Below, piece by piece: positions 9,580-19,490 of a stretch of 64,000 nucleotides of DNA. Made by a program: the position numbers and the translations under genes. The notes beneath the pieces were generated by a model. It did not search any database and was not told where the DNA came from. It was given only the letters and a program-made list of their open reading frames with translations. Location: the NCBI GenBank assembly GCA_019425015.1, contig JAHYYJ010000002.1, positions 118,236 through 182,235 on the forward strand, written 5' to 3'. Position 1 is the first letter of the stretch, and each line of letters opens with the position of its first letter. This stretch comes from Collinsella sp. (GTDB lineage: Bacteria; Actinomycetota; Coriobacteriia; Coriobacteriales; Coriobacteriaceae).

Positions 9580-10503
9580 ATGCTCATTGCATTGCAGGGC
9601 GCCGTTTCGCAGGGCGTCCTCTGGGGCATTATGGTGCTTGGCGTGTTTATCACGTTCCGCCTGCTCGACATCCCCGATATGACCTGCGACGGCAGCTTTG
9701 CCCTCGGCGGCTGTGTCTGCGCCGTACTCATCGTCAACAATAACGTCGACCCCTTGCTCGCCGTGCTGGCCGGCATGTGCGCCGGCGCCATCGCGGGCGC
9801 CGTCACGGGCATCTTGACCACCGTCTTTGAGATTCCCGCAATCCTCGCCGGAATCCTTACGCAGATCAGTCTGTGGTCCATCAACCTGCGCATCATGGGC
9901 AAGTCCAACACGCCCATCCTTGCCAAGGGCACTATCTTCTCATCCGTCAGCAACATGACGGGCCTGCCGCAGTCCACTGTTGCCATTATCCTAGGCATCG
10001 TGCTGGCCGTGGCCATCGTCGCCATCCTGTACTGGTTCTTTGGCACCGAGATCGGCTCGGCACTGCGTGCCACCGGCAACAACGAGTACATGATCCGCGC
10101 CCTGGGCGTTAACACCAACACCACCAAAATGATCGCCCTCGTGCTCTCCAACGCCCTCATTGGCCTTTCGGGTGCGCTCATCTGCCAGAGCCAGAAGTAT
10201 GCCGACATTGGCATGGGCACCGGCGCCATCGTTATCGGTCTTGCCGCCATCGTCATCGGCGAGGTGCTCGGCCGCCTGCTGCCCGGCGGTCTCACGCAGT
10301 TCTCCGTCCGTCTGGCCTCCGCCGTCTTTGGCTCCGTGGTGTACTTCCTCATCCGCGCCATCGTGCTGCAGCTGGGCATGGACGCCAACGACATGAAACT
10401 GCTCTCTGCTGTGATTGTCGCCGTGGCCCTGTGCGTGCCCGTGGTTTGGGAGCGCTATAAGCTCCGCAGCTCCTACACGAAGGGAGATGAGGCAGATGCT
10501 TAA
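9580..10503 (+). CDS. ABC transporter permease (BPD_transp_2-type)
   Basis: Polytopic membrane protein. GGAGG RBS. Overlaps the ATPase start. Confidence 0.85.
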   Translation: MLIALQGAVSQGVLWGIMVLGVFITFRLLDIPDMTCDGSFALGGCVCAVLIVNNNVDPLLAVLAGMCAGAIAGAVTGILTTVFEIPAILAGILTQISLWSINLRIMGKSNTPILAKGTIFSSVSNMTGLPQSTVAIILGIVLAVAIVAILYWFFGTEIGSALRATGNNEYMIRALGVNTNTTKMIALVLSNALIGLSGALICQSQKYADIGMGTGAIVIGLAAIVIGEVLGRLLPGGLTQFSVRLASAVFGSVVYFLIRAIVLQLGMDANDMKLLSAVIVAVALCVPVVWERYKLRSSYTKGDEADA

Positions 10504-11290
10504 GCTCTCGCACGTCAAGAAGACCTTTAACAAGGGCACCGTCACCGAGAAGCGCGCGCTCACCGGCGTCGACCTTACCCTCAACGACGGCGACTTTGTA
10601 ACTGTGATCGGCGGCAACGGCGCCGGCAAATCCACGCTGCTCAACATGATTGCCGGCGTATATCCGCTCGATTCGGGCGTTATCGAGCTCGACGGCACCG
10701 ACATCTCGCGCCTGAGCGAGTCGCAGCGCGCCAAGTACCTGGGCCGCGTGTTCCAGGATCCCATGCGCGGCACCGCAGCCGACATGCAGATTGCCGAGAA
10801 CTTGGCCCTCGCCAAGCGTCGCGGCCAGCGTCGCGGCCTTTCGTGGGGCGTCACCAAGGCCGAGAAGGACGAGTACGTTGAGTTGCTCAAGCGCCTGGAC
10901 CTTGGCCTGGACACGCGCCTCAACGCCAAGGTCGGCCTGCTTTCGGGTGGCCAGCGCCAGGCACTCACGCTGCTCATGGCCACGCTCACCAAGCCGCGCT
11001 TGCTGCTGCTCGACGAGCACACCGCGGCACTCGACCCCAAGACCGCCTCTAAGGTGCTCAATCTGACCGAGGAGATTGTCGACGAGAACCACCTGACCAC
11101 GCTCATGGTCACGCACAACATGAATGACGCCATCCGTCTGGGCAATCGCCTGATCATGATGCACGAGGGCCACGTTATCTACGACGTGGCGGGCGACGAG
11201 AAGAAGTCGCTCACCGTCGCCGACCTGCTGCAGAAGTTCGAGGAGGTCTCGGGCGGCGAGCTCGCCAACGACCGCATGCTGCTGAGCTAA
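10496..11290 (+). CDS. ABC transporter ATP-binding protein
   Basis: ORF 10415..11290. Start at ATG 10496 (MLKLSHVKK). Walker A GGNGAGKST, signature LSGGQRQ, Walker B LLLLDEH. Confidence 0.9.
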   Translation: MLKLSHVKKTFNKGTVTEKRALTGVDLTLNDGDFVTVIGGNGAGKSTLLNMIAGVYPLDSGVIELDGTDISRLSESQRAKYLGRVFQDPMRGTAADMQIAENLALAKRRGQRRGLSWGVTKAEKDEYVELLKRLDLGLDTRLNAKVGLLSGGQRQALTLLMATLTKPRLLLLDEHTAALDPKTASKVLNLTEEIVDENHLTTLMVTHNMNDAIRLGNRLIMMHEGHVIYDVAGDEKKSLTVADLLQKFEEVSGGELANDRMLLS

Positions 11291-11344
11291 AACCTGCCAA
11301 AAAGGGACATGCCAAAAAGGGACAGGTTTATTTTGGCAGGTTTT
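11289..11344. terminator. bidirectional terminator hairpin, GGGACA-repeat family
   Basis: AAAACCTGCCAAAA ... TTTTGGCAGGTTTT. The loop carries two copies of CCAAAAAGGGACA. A near copy in inverted orientation lies at 42083-42122. Confidence 0.6.
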
Positions 11345-11359
11345 ATCTGCGCAAACATC

Positions 11360-11399
11360 AAAACCGCCGCAAAGGGACAGACGCCCTTGCGGCGGTTTT
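11360..11399. terminator. terminator hairpin, GGGACAG family
   Basis: AAAACCGCCGCAAAGGGACAGACGCCCTTGCGGCGGTTTT. Confidence 0.6.
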
Positions 11400-11497
11400 C
11401 GCTAACCCCCATATCGAGCACAGAAGCCCGTACGATGTGATCGGACTGGCTTCTTGATGGGTATCATGGTTGGACGATCATTAGGAGGTTTCTCTAC

Positions 11498-12265
11498 ATG
11501 GAATTGTTTGAGCCGATTCTTCATTTCTTTGCACAACGATGGGTCCACAACATCATCTGGGCAGGTATCTTGGCCATCGGCACCGCCGTTGCCGCCAAGG
11601 TCGCGTCCAAGACCCTGTACCACCTGCTCAACCGCGACGATAACCCACTCCCTTCATCAAGCATCTTCATCAACATCGCGCGCGCCGTCATTTGGATGAT
11701 CGGCGGCAGCTTTATCCTCGACAACTGCTTTGGCATTAACGCAAACGCCCTCGTCGCCGCTCTTGGCGTCGGCGGCATCGCCATCTCGCTCGGCTTTCAG
11801 GACACGCTGTCAAACCTTATCGGTGGCATGCAGGTGACCTTTATGGGCATCATCAAACCCGGCGACAATATCGAGGTCGGCGGCGTGACGGGCGTGGTCC
11901 AAGATATCACCTGGCGCCATACGACCATCGAGGACGCCTGCGGGCAGACCATCATCGTCCCCAACTCAAATATCTCCAAGAACACGCTCGTGCACCTCAT
12001 GCCCTTTGGGCGCGTTGCCGTGCCCGTTGCCGTAAAGGACACGTCCAAGTGGGCCTCGTTGGACGCGCTGGCAGATGAGCTTACCGACGCCACCAAGGCC
12101 GCGGTGCTTCCCATCTCTGGCTTTGACAAGGAGCCGTACGTGCTCTTTAGCGAGATCGGCGACTTTGGCGTCAAGGGCAAAATCATCTTTATCGTCAGCG
12201 ACGACAGCACCACTTTCACGGCAGCCGACGCTTGCATCCGCGCCATCGCCCCCATCATCGCCTAA
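11498..12265 (+). CDS. small-conductance mechanosensitive channel (MscS family)
   Basis: TM helices, then the MscS beta-domain pattern (LSNLIGGMQVTFMGIIKPGDNIEVGGVTGVVQDITWRHTTIE). Confidence 0.85.
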   Translation: MELFEPILHFFAQRWVHNIIWAGILAIGTAVAAKVASKTLYHLLNRDDNPLPSSSIFINIARAVIWMIGGSFILDNCFGINANALVAALGVGGIAISLGFQDTLSNLIGGMQVTFMGIIKPGDNIEVGGVTGVVQDITWRHTTIEDACGQTIIVPNSNISKNTLVHLMPFGRVAVPVAVKDTSKWASLDALADELTDATKAAVLPISGFDKEPYVLFSEIGDFGVKGKIIFIVSDDSTTFTAADACIRAIAPIIA

Positions 12266-12303
12266 AACCACCGCAAAGGGGACAGGCACCATTGTGGTGG
12301 TTT
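12264..12303 (+). terminator. terminator hairpin, GGGACAG family
   Basis: AAAACCACCGCAAAGGGGACAGGCACCATTGTGGTGGTTTC. Confidence 0.6.
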
Positions 12304-12359
12304 CGCATCGTGGTACCATGGTTCATATCGTTGTTTAAACGACTAAGGGAGTAGACACC

Positions 12360-14276
12360 ATGGAAGAGGCCTATCGTCAAGCACGCAAGCGCGGCGAGCA
12401 GGGACGCCGTCGCGCCATCAGCCAAAGCGAGCACCCGTACCTTACGGACCTCGATAGCCTCGTTGCCCAGCTCCCCTTAGGTCAGCGAGAGAGCGTCGGC
12501 CTAAGGGACATTCCGCTCGAAATGGTCGTCGGCACGGTTACCAAGGGCCGTCAGTCTGCCTTTTCGTGCAACTTTATGCCCCTGTTGCCATTTAGCACCG
12601 AGTTCGCCCGCAAGTGGTCCAACCTCTATGACATCCAGGTGACCGAGGGCTATCGCGACCCCATCATCGCCACCGAGTTCATGCATCGGTTCTACGTCCA
12701 GGAGGGCAACAAGCGCGTCAGCGTCCTCAAATTCCTGGACGCCCCGACGGTTTCGGCCAAGGTCACCCGCCTCTACCCCGGCACATGGGATTCCGTCGAA
12801 AGTCGCCTGTACGGCGAGTTCTGCGCGTTTTGGCGCGTCTGCCCCCTATACGAGATCGAGTTCTCGCGCGAGGGAAGCTATGAGACGCTCGCCAAGATGC
12901 TCGGCCAGGACCTTGTCGAAAAGTGGCCACAGAAAAAGGTCGACTACCTGCGCCATACCTTCCTACTCTTTAAACGCGCCTACCTGCGCGCCGGCGGCGA
13001 CCATCTGGACATTACGCCCGCCGACGCCATGCTCGTCTACCTCAATGTGTACAACCAAGACCCTCTACTGGATACGCCGACGGACATCGTCGTAAACCGC
13101 CTGTGCAAGATTTGGCGCGAGCTGGTCATTGCCGGCAAAAATGACGAGGACAAGGTCGATCTTGTCGAAGCGCCGAGCGTCGATGAGGAAGAGGCGCCCG
13201 CCAAGTCCACCTCCGGCGTGCTCAACTTCTTTATGGGCAAGACCGTCTACTCGGCGGCCAACCCCCTACGCATCGCCTTTATCCATGAGTTCCCCTGTTC
13301 GACGTCGAGCTGGGACAGCCTGCACGATCAAGGGCGCCAGTATCTCGATGAGCACTTTGGCGGTATCGTGCGCACCGAGGCGTTTGAGGACCGCCACGAT
13401 CCGGACGTGTTCTACGCCGCCGTGGAAACGGCTGTCAAACACGGAGACAACGTCATCTTCTCGACCTCGCATCGCCTGATGGAATACACGCTCAGGGCGG
13501 CCGTTGAGTATCCCCAGGTTCGGTTCCTCAACTGCTCCATCGGCCTTCCCCACCAAAGCGTGCGCTCGTATTTTGGAAAGATGTACGAGGCAAAGTTTCT
13601 GCTGGGCGCCCTTGCGGCCAGCATGGCGGACAACCATCGCATTGGCTACCACGCGTCGGTCTTTGCGTCGGGCGCGCTTAGCGAGATCAACGCCTTTGCC
13701 ATCGGCGCCTCGCTGCTCGACCCCCGCGCGCAAATTATCCTGACCTGGGGCGATGTGCCCGCCGGAGGCCTTTCCGAGGCCATGTGCCGCGAGGGCGTGA
13801 GCGTCATGACCGGCGCTGACATGTCAAAGTCGCTCGAAGACCCCACGGCCTACGGACTCCACCGCCTGGTCGATGGCAAGGTCACCGGCATCGCCATGCC
13901 GGTATGGAACTGGGGCCGATACTACGAGCTTATCGTGCGAAGTCTGCTGCACGGCACCTGGGATGAGACCAGTGACGACAGCCAGATTCGTGCCGTCAAC
14001 TACTGGTATGGTATGAGCTCGGGCGTCATCGACATTCGCTACGCTCCGGGCCTGCCCTATCAGACGCGTAAGCTTGTTCAGCTGCTCCGCAATGGCATCG
14101 TCGAGGGCTCCATCAATCCATTTGGCGGCGAGCTCCATAGCCAAGACGGCGTGGTGCAGATCGAGGGCTTTCCCCCGCTGCCGAGCACGCAAATCGTCGA
14201 GATGGACTGGCTGGCCGACAACGTGGTGGGCACCATTCCGCAACTCGACGATGAGCCGAAGGTCCGCGCCCTATGA
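12360..14276 (+). CDS. cytoplasmic fusion protein: ParB/sulfiredoxin-like N-domain plus BMP/PnrA-like periplasmic-binding-fold C-domain
   Basis: 638 aa with no signal peptide. N-terminal part has IPLEMVVGT...FYVQEGNKRVSVLKF (ParB-like DGxHR-type motif). The C-terminal 340 aa resemble BMP family binding proteins. Function unknown. Confidence 0.5.
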   Translation: MEEAYRQARKRGEQGRRRAISQSEHPYLTDLDSLVAQLPLGQRESVGLRDIPLEMVVGTVTKGRQSAFSCNFMPLLPFSTEFARKWSNLYDIQVTEGYRDPIIATEFMHRFYVQEGNKRVSVLKFLDAPTVSAKVTRLYPGTWDSVESRLYGEFCAFWRVCPLYEIEFSREGSYETLAKMLGQDLVEKWPQKKVDYLRHTFLLFKRAYLRAGGDHLDITPADAMLVYLNVYNQDPLLDTPTDIVVNRLCKIWRELVIAGKNDEDKVDLVEAPSVDEEEAPAKSTSGVLNFFMGKTVYSAANPLRIAFIHEFPCSTSSWDSLHDQGRQYLDEHFGGIVRTEAFEDRHDPDVFYAAVETAVKHGDNVIFSTSHRLMEYTLRAAVEYPQVRFLNCSIGLPHQSVRSYFGKMYEAKFLLGALAASMADNHRIGYHASVFASGALSEINAFAIGASLLDPRAQIILTWGDVPAGGLSEAMCREGVSVMTGADMSKSLEDPTAYGLHRLVDGKVTGIAMPVWNWGRYYELIVRSLLHGTWDETSDDSQIRAVNYWYGMSSGVIDIRYAPGLPYQTRKLVQLLRNGIVEGSINPFGGELHSQDGVVQIEGFPPLPSTQIVEMDWLADNVVGTIPQLDDEPKVRAL

Positions 14277-14983
14277 AAATCCTTGCCATAGCCGATACCG
14301 AAGAACGATGCCTATGGGAGTGCTTTCGCAAGGAGCGCTTTGAGGGTATCGACCTGATTCTGTCTGCTGGCGATCTGGACCCGGATTATCTTGAGTTTTT
14401 GGTCACGGTCATCAACAAACCGCTCATCTACGTACGCGGCAATCACGATGACCGCTATGCACGTCATGCACCGGGCGGCTGCATTTGTGTCGAAGACACC
14501 GTGTACGTGTATCGCGGCGTCCGCATTGCGGGGCTTGGCGGCTCCATGCGCTACCGAGACGGTGCCAACATGTATTCCGAGCGCGAGATGACCAAGCGTG
14601 TGCGCAAGCTGTCCCGCAAAGTGAGGATGGTCGGCGGCTGCGACATTCTGCTGAGCCATGCACCCGCCGCCGGCGTGGGCGATCTGGATGATCTGCCGCA
14701 TCGAGGATTCGAATGCTTTAACACAGCACTCGAATCCTGGAATCCCGACTACATGGTGCACGGGCATGTGCACCAATGCTATGGTCGCGACTTTCAACGC
14801 GAACATCAGCACGCATGCGGGGCAACGATCATCAACGCCTGCGGCTATACGCAGTTTGAGCTGGACGAAGCGCGCTACCCCATCCGTGGCTGGCAGGCAG
14901 CCTGGCTCAATTCGCAAACCATGCGCCGCGAGCTCAAGCGCCACGAGGCAATCGAGTCCTCTACCGCCAGAACACCCTGGTAA
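14273..14983 (+). CDS. metallophosphoesterase
   Basis: Calcineurin-like motifs (ILAIADTE, SAGDL, GNHD, LLSHAP, GHVH). ATGA overlap with the upstream gene. Confidence 0.85.
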   Translation: MKILAIADTEERCLWECFRKERFEGIDLILSAGDLDPDYLEFLVTVINKPLIYVRGNHDDRYARHAPGGCICVEDTVYVYRGVRIAGLGGSMRYRDGANMYSEREMTKRVRKLSRKVRMVGGCDILLSHAPAAGVGDLDDLPHRGFECFNTALESWNPDYMVHGHVHQCYGRDFQREHQHACGATIINACGYTQFELDEARYPIRGWQAAWLNSQTMRRELKRHEAIESSTARTPW

Positions 14984-15020
14984 CCGCCACAAAGGGGACA
15001 GGCACCTTTGTGGCGGTTTT
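14982..15020 (+). terminator. terminator hairpin, GGGACAG family
   Basis: AACCGCCACAAAGGGGACAGGCACCTTTGTGGCGGTTTT. Confidence 0.65.
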
Positions 15021-15033
15021 GGCCCGAGATAGC

Positions 15034-15073
15034 AAGAAACCCGGTCCTGCACGAGGCAGAACCGGGTTTCTTT
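15034..15073 (-). terminator. terminator of rplKA (bidirectional)
   Basis: AAGAAACCCGGT ... AACCGGGTTTCTT. Confidence 0.65.
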
Positions 15074-15108
15074 AGCAATGCTTGCTTTGCTCAGGCAGTA
15101 ACTAAAAG

Positions 15109-15816
15109 TTACTCAGCCAGGAAGTCGCGCTGGACAGCGGGATCGACCTTGACGCCAGGGCCCATGGTGGAAGACACGGAGATGGACTTGACGTACTTGC
15201 CCTTAGCAGAAGAGGGCTTGACGCGCAGGATCTCGGTGTACAGGGCGGCGTAGTTCTCAACAAGCTGCTGCTCAGAGAAGGACTTCTTGCCCAGGGGCAC
15301 GTGGCAGATGCCGTAACGGTCGGCGCGGTACTCAACGCGGCCAGCCTTGAGCTCGGAGACCATCTTGGCGACGTCCATGGTCACGGTGCCGAGCTTGGGG
15401 TTCGGCATGAGGCCACGGGGACCGAGGATCTTACCAATGCGGCCAACCTTGGCCATCATGTTCGGCGTAGCGATAGCAGCGTCGAAGTTGATCTCGCCCT
15501 TCTGGATCTGGGCGACGAGCTCGTCGGAACCGATGATGTCGGCGCCGGCAGCCTCAGCCTCGCGGGCCTTCTCGCCCTCGGCGAAGACGGCAACACGAAC
15601 GGTCTTGCCGGTGCCGTGGGGCAGGGAGATGGAACCACGGATGTTCTGGTCAGCCTTACGAGTATCGATGCCCAGACGGAAGTGGGCCTCGACGGTCTCG
15701 TCGAACTTGGCGGTGTCGAGCTCCTTAATGAGCTTGGCAGCCTGAAGGGGGGTGTAGAGCGTGGCGCGATCGATCTTCTCGGCAGCGGCGTTATAGCTCT
15801 TACCATGCTTAGCCAT
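15109..15816 (-). CDS. rplA: 50S ribosomal protein L1
   Basis: ORF 15109..15822. [16 protein letters not shown]... Start at ATG 15816, 8 nt after GGAGG. Confidence 0.95.
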   Translation of the reverse strand: MAKHGKSYNAAAEKIDRATLYTPLQAAKLIKELDTAKFDETVEAHFRLGIDTRKADQNIRGSISLPHGTGKTVRVAVFAEGEKAREAEAAGADIIGSDELVAQIQKGEINFDAAIATPNMMAKVGRIGKILGPRGLMPNPKLGTVTMDVAKMVSELKAGRVEYRADRYGICHVPLGKKSFSEQQLVENYAALYTEILRVKPSSAKGKYVKSISVSSTMGPGVKVDPAVQRDFLAE

Positions 15817-15933
15817 GTGCATTACCTCCTGTGGTTAAACGGGCGTGAGCCCTCCCACATCGTATCGTGTGCCCTATTGCACACATTTAACGGGCGCCCA
15901 GGTCGGAGCACCCGTCGTTACCATAAGAAATCG

Positions 15934-16362
15934 CTACTCAGCGATGGTGACGCCCATGGAACGGGCGGTACCGGCGATGATCTTCTTGGCGGCGTCAATG
16001 TCGTTGGCATTGAGGTCCGGCATCTTGATCTCGGCGATCTTGGTGAGCTGCTCCTGGGAGAGCTGACCAACCTTGTCGGCCTGGGGCTTAGCGGAACCAG
16101 ACTTGAGGTTCAGCTCCTTCTTGATGAGGTGAGCCGCCGGCGGGGTCTTGGTGATGAAGGAGAAGGACTTATCCTCGTAGACAGAGATCTCAACGGGGAT
16201 GATGTCGCCCTTCTTGTCCTGCGTCTCGGCGTTAAAGGCCTGGCAGAACTGCATGATGTTCACGCCAGCAGCGCCCAGAGCGGGGCCGACGGGAGGAGCG
16301 GGGTTAGCTGCACCAGCAGGAATCTGGAGCTTAATGACGTTGGCAACCTTCTTCTCAGCCAT
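15934..16362 (-). CDS. rplK: 50S ribosomal protein L11
   Basis: ORF 15934..16368. [20 protein letters not shown] signature. Start probably ATG 16362. Confidence 0.95.
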   Translation of the reverse strand: MAEKKVANVIKLQIPAGAANPAPPVGPALGAAGVNIMQFCQAFNAETQDKKGDIIPVEISVYEDKSFSFITKTPPAAHLIKKELNLKSGSAKPQADKVGQLSQEQLTKIAEIKMPDLNANDIDAAKKIIAGTARSMGVTIAE

Positions 16363-16482
16363 GGTCATTCCTTTCGAATCACGAGTGTGAAGTACTTGCT
16401 ATATCGTAAGCACGCACGTGTTAGAAGCACTCCTGAGATGAGCAGTCACAGAAGAAGCACGCTCGCGCGAACGGACGAAAAC

Positions 16483-17019
16483 TTAAGCGATGACAGCGAC
16501 CTGGTTAAAGTCGAGCTCGACCGGCGTCTCGCGGCCAAAGATCATCAGCGTGACCTTGAGCTTGCCAGCCTCGGTGTTAACCTCGGAGACCTTGCCATCA
16601 AAGTCGGTAAGCGGGCCATCGGTGACGCGGACGGACGTGCCGACCTGAATATCAACCGAGGTGCGCTTGGGCGAATCGCCCTTACCGGGACGACGAGTCA
16701 TCTTGTTGTACTCGTCGCGGGAAAGCGGAGCGGGCTTGCCGTTGCCGCCCAGGAAACCGGTGACGCCAGGCGTGTTACGAACGCACGTCCAAGCATCGTC
16801 ATCCATCTCCATGCGGACCAGGACATAACCCGGGAAGATCTTGGAATCCTTGGTCTCACGCTTGCCACCCTCTTTAATCTCGGTGACGCGCTCCATAGGA
16901 ATCTCGATATCAAAGATACGGTCCTGCATGCCCATAGTCTCGATGCGATGCTCGAGATCGGACTTAACGCGGTTCTCGTATCCAGAGTAAGTGTGAACGA
17001 CGTACCAACGCTTAGACAT
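16483..17019 (-). CDS. nusG: transcription termination/antitermination factor NusG
   Basis: MSKRWYVVHTYSGYENRV NGN domain plus C-terminal KOW. Sits in the secE-nusG-rplK context. Confidence 0.95.
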   Translation of the reverse strand: MSKRWYVVHTYSGYENRVKSDLEHRIETMGMQDRIFDIEIPMERVTEIKEGGKRETKDSKIFPGYVLVRMEMDDDAWTCVRNTPGVTGFLGGNGKPAPLSRDEYNKMTRRPGKGDSPKRTSVDIQVGTSVRVTDGPLTDFDGKVSEVNTEAGKLKVTLMIFGRETPVELDFNQVAVIA

Positions 17020-17022
17020 GGT

Positions 17023-17361
17023 TTAGCCCCTCAATCCAGAGAACAGAGCAAGAGCCTCGCCAAAGCCAGCATCGAGCAGAGCGATGACGACGCCGACGAC
17101 GATCAGAGAAGCGCAAACGACGACCGAGTAGTTCACGAGCTCCTTCTTATCGGGCCACGTGACACGCTTCATCTCGGACTTCACCGAAGCGAAATACTTC
17201 TTGGTGCGGGCGAAGAAACCAGGCTTCTCGTTCTTCTTAGACTTCGCAGCCTTCTCGCTCTTCTTGGCAACGGCCTTCTTGGCCTCAACCTTGGAGTTGG
17301 CGGCAGCGTTGTTGGCAGGCGCCTGCTGCTGTGCCTTCTTCTTGTTCTTCTTGTTGGCCAT
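17023..17361 (-). CDS. secE: preprotein translocase subunit SecE (Lys-rich N-terminal extension)
   Basis: C-terminal motif VKSEMKRVTWPDKKEL plus a TM helix. Position is upstream of nusG. Confidence 0.9.
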   Translation of the reverse strand: MANKKNKKKAQQQAPANNAAANSKVEAKKAVAKKSEKAAKSKKNEKPGFFARTKKYFASVKSEMKRVTWPDKKELVNYSVVVCASLIVVGVVIALLDAGFGEALALFSGLRG

Positions 17362-17437
17362 TTGGGTTACCTCCGCGCAATGCGCTTATACATGAGTAAA
17401 CCGTAAGCCCCCAAGTGGGAGCTTACGGAATAATGAC

Positions 17438-17513
17438 TGGCACGCCAGGAAGGACTCGAACCCTCAACACTCGGTTTTGGAGACCGATGCTCTACCAATT
17501 GAACTACTGGCGT
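17438..17513 (-). tRNA. tRNA-Trp (CCA)
   Basis: Reverse complement folds as a cloverleaf: ACGCCAG acceptor, anticodon loop CTCCAAA, GGTTCGAGTCC T-arm, encoded CCA. Confidence 0.9.
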
Positions 17514-17526
17514 ATATGACTAGAGA

Positions 17527-17676
17527 CTAGCGAGTCTCTTTGTGCAGCGTGTGGTGACGGCACCAGGGGCAATACTTCTTGATCTCCATACGATCAGGCA
17601 TGGTCGACTTGTTCTTGGTGGTCGTATAGTTGCGGCGCTTGCACTCAGTGCACGCAAGAGTAACTAGAGTACGCAT
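17527..17676 (-). CDS. rpmG: 50S ribosomal protein L33
   Basis: Own translation, 49 aa: [49 protein letters not shown]. Below the ORF-track size cutoff. Confidence 0.9.
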   Translation of the reverse strand: MRTLVTLACTECKRRNYTTTKNKSTMPDRMEIKKYCPWCRHHTLHKETR

Positions 17677-17892
17677 GTATCCTGAACCTTTCATTTCCGC
17701 CCCGTACGGGCACGAGTTGTTACTTTATCAGCTCCACGTAAGTGCTGTCAATGAAAACCTCGAGTCAATTGGTTCTCGGTGGATCCATTCATATTTGGAA
17801 CACATCAATGAAGCCATCGAGATCTAATCGACGGTGCATCCAGGACCATTATCGATCCTCTCGACACCAGCAACGGCTCAATATCCATTGCA

Positions 17893-17930
17893 GAAAAGAA
17901 CCCGGCACCCAAATAAGTGCCGGGTTCTCT
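17893..17930 (-). terminator. rho-independent terminator of tuf
   Basis: Minus strand reads AGAACCCGGCAC ... GTGCCGGGTTCT followed by TTTTC. Confidence 0.75.
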
Positions 17931-17955
17931 AAGTCAGCTATATCAAAGAGCTTAT

Positions 17956-19146
17956 TTACTCAATGATCGTGGAGACGATGCCCGAACCGACGGTGTGGCC
18001 ACCCTCGCGGATAGCGAAGCGCAGGCCCTCCTCCATGGCGATCGGGTGAATGAGGTCGCCCTCGATGGTGATGTGGTCACCAGGCATAGCCATCTCGGTG
18101 CCCTCGGGGAGCTTGACCGTACCGGTAACGTCGGTGGTACGGAAGTAGAACTGAGGACGATAACCATCGAAGAACGGGGTGTGACGGCCGCCCTCCTCCT
18201 TGGTCAGAACGTAAATCTCACCGGTGAACTTGGTGTGCGGGGTAACCGAACCGGGCTTGCAGAGAACCTGGCCGCGCTCGATGTCCTCGCGCTTGATGCC
18301 GCGGAGCAGCAGACCGACGTTGTCGCCAGCCTCGCAGAAGTCCATGGACTTACGGAACATCTCGATACCGGTAACGACGGTGTTCTGGGTATCCTTGATG
18401 CCGACGATCTCGACGGGCTCGTTGAGCTTGAGCTCACCGCGCTCGACACGGCCGGTAGCAACGGTACCACGGCCGGAGATGGTCATAACGTCCTCAACGG
18501 CCATCAGGAACGGGAGGTCGTTGTTACGAGCAGGCGTCGGGATGTACTCGTCGACGGCGTTCATGAGCTCGCGGATAGCGTCCATCCACTTAGCGTCGCC
18601 CTCGAGAGCGCCCAGAGCGGAACCACGGATGACGGGGATGTCGTCGCCGGGGAAATCGTACTCGGAGAGGAGCTCACGGGTCTCCATCTCGACGAGGTCG
18701 ATAAGCTCGTCATCGTCGACCATGTCGCACTTGTTCAGGAAGACGACGATGTAGGGAACGCCGACCTGACGGGCGAGCAGGATGTGCTCGCGAGTCTGAG
18801 CCATGGGGCCGTCGGTAGCAGCGATGACCAGGATAGCGCCGTCCATCTGAGCAGCGCCGGAGATCATGTTCTTGACGTAGTCAGCGTGGCCCGGGCAGTC
18901 AACGTGAGCGTAGTGACGGGAAGCGGTCTCGTACTCAACGTGGGAGACGGAGATCGTAATGCCGCGCTCGCGCTCCTCGGGAGCCTTGTCGATGTTCTCG
19001 AACGCAGTGAAGTCAGCCTTGCAGCCCTCGGTCTCGGAGAGAACCTTGGTGATGGCAGCGGTCAGCGTGGTCTTGCCGTGGTCGACGTGACCAATGGTGC
19101 CGATGTTAACATGCGGCTTAGTGCGCTCAAACTTCTCTTTGGCCAT
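17956..19146 (-). CDS. tuf: elongation factor Tu
   Basis: ORF 17956..19215. [27 protein letters not shown] from ATG 19146 after GAGGAGGG. Confidence 0.97.
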   Translation of the reverse strand: MAKEKFERTKPHVNIGTIGHVDHGKTTLTAAITKVLSETEGCKADFTAFENIDKAPEERERGITISVSHVEYETASRHYAHVDCPGHADYVKNMISGAAQMDGAILVIAATDGPMAQTREHILLARQVGVPYIVVFLNKCDMVDDDELIDLVEMETRELLSEYDFPGDDIPVIRGSALGALEGDAKWMDAIRELMNAVDEYIPTPARNNDLPFLMAVEDVMTISGRGTVATGRVERGELKLNEPVEIVGIKDTQNTVVTGIEMFRKSMDFCEAGDNVGLLLRGIKREDIERGQVLCKPGSVTPHTKFTGEIYVLTKEEGGRHTPFFDGYRPQFYFRTTDVTGTVKLPEGTEMAMPGDHITIEGDLIHPIAMEEGLRFAIREGGHTVGSGIVSTIIE

Positions 19147-19242
19147 AAAGCCCTCCTCTAAACAGGTCGTCCCCGGACGGGACTTTGCCTTTATACCATA
19201 GTGGCCTCTCAACATACTATTGAGAAGCCACCGTGTTACCTA

Positions 19243-19319
19243 TGGTAGCGGTGACTGGATTCGAACCAGTGACGCCACGGGTATGAACCGTGTGCTCTAA
19301 CCAACTGAGCTACACCGCC
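19243..19319 (-). tRNA. tRNA-Met (CAT), elongator type (tRNA-Ile2 not excluded)
   Basis: GGCGGTGTAGCTCAGTTGGTTAGAGCAC..., anticodon loop TTCATAC, encoded CCA. Confidence 0.85.
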
Positions 19320-19322
19320 GGA

Positions 19323-19398
19323 TGGAGCCTGCAACCAGACTTGAACTGGTGACCTCTTCGTTACCAACGAAGTGCTCTACCGACTGAGCTATACAGGC
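19323..19398 (-). tRNA. tRNA-Thr (GGT)
   Basis: GCCTGTATAGCTCAGTCGGTAGAGCAC..., anticodon loop TTGGTAA, encoded CCA. Confidence 0.9.
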
Positions 19399-19408
19399 AC
19401 TTGACGGG

Positions 19409-19490
19409 TGGGAGCTATAGGATTCGAACCTATGTAGGCAGAGCCAACGGGTTTACAGCCCGTCCCCATTAACCACTCGGGCAAACTCCC
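19409..19490 (-). tRNA. tRNA-Tyr (GTA)
   Basis: GGGAGTTTGCCCGAGTGGTTAAT..., anticodon loop CTGTAAA, long variable arm. CCA is not fully encoded. Confidence 0.85.

Noticed and set aside
15823-15933. Possible ribosomal-protein L1 autoregulatory leader between rplK and rplA
   Set aside because: The spacer can form hairpins. I could not match it confidently to the 23S L1-stalk mimic by eye, and a covariance-model search would be needed.
15301-17406. 701-aa plus-strand ORF spanning rplA-rplK-nusG-secE
   Set aside because: It is antisense to four well-recognised genes. Its composition is low-complexity and Gly/Leu/Asp/Val-rich, typical of a high-GC shadow ORF, and it has no RBS.
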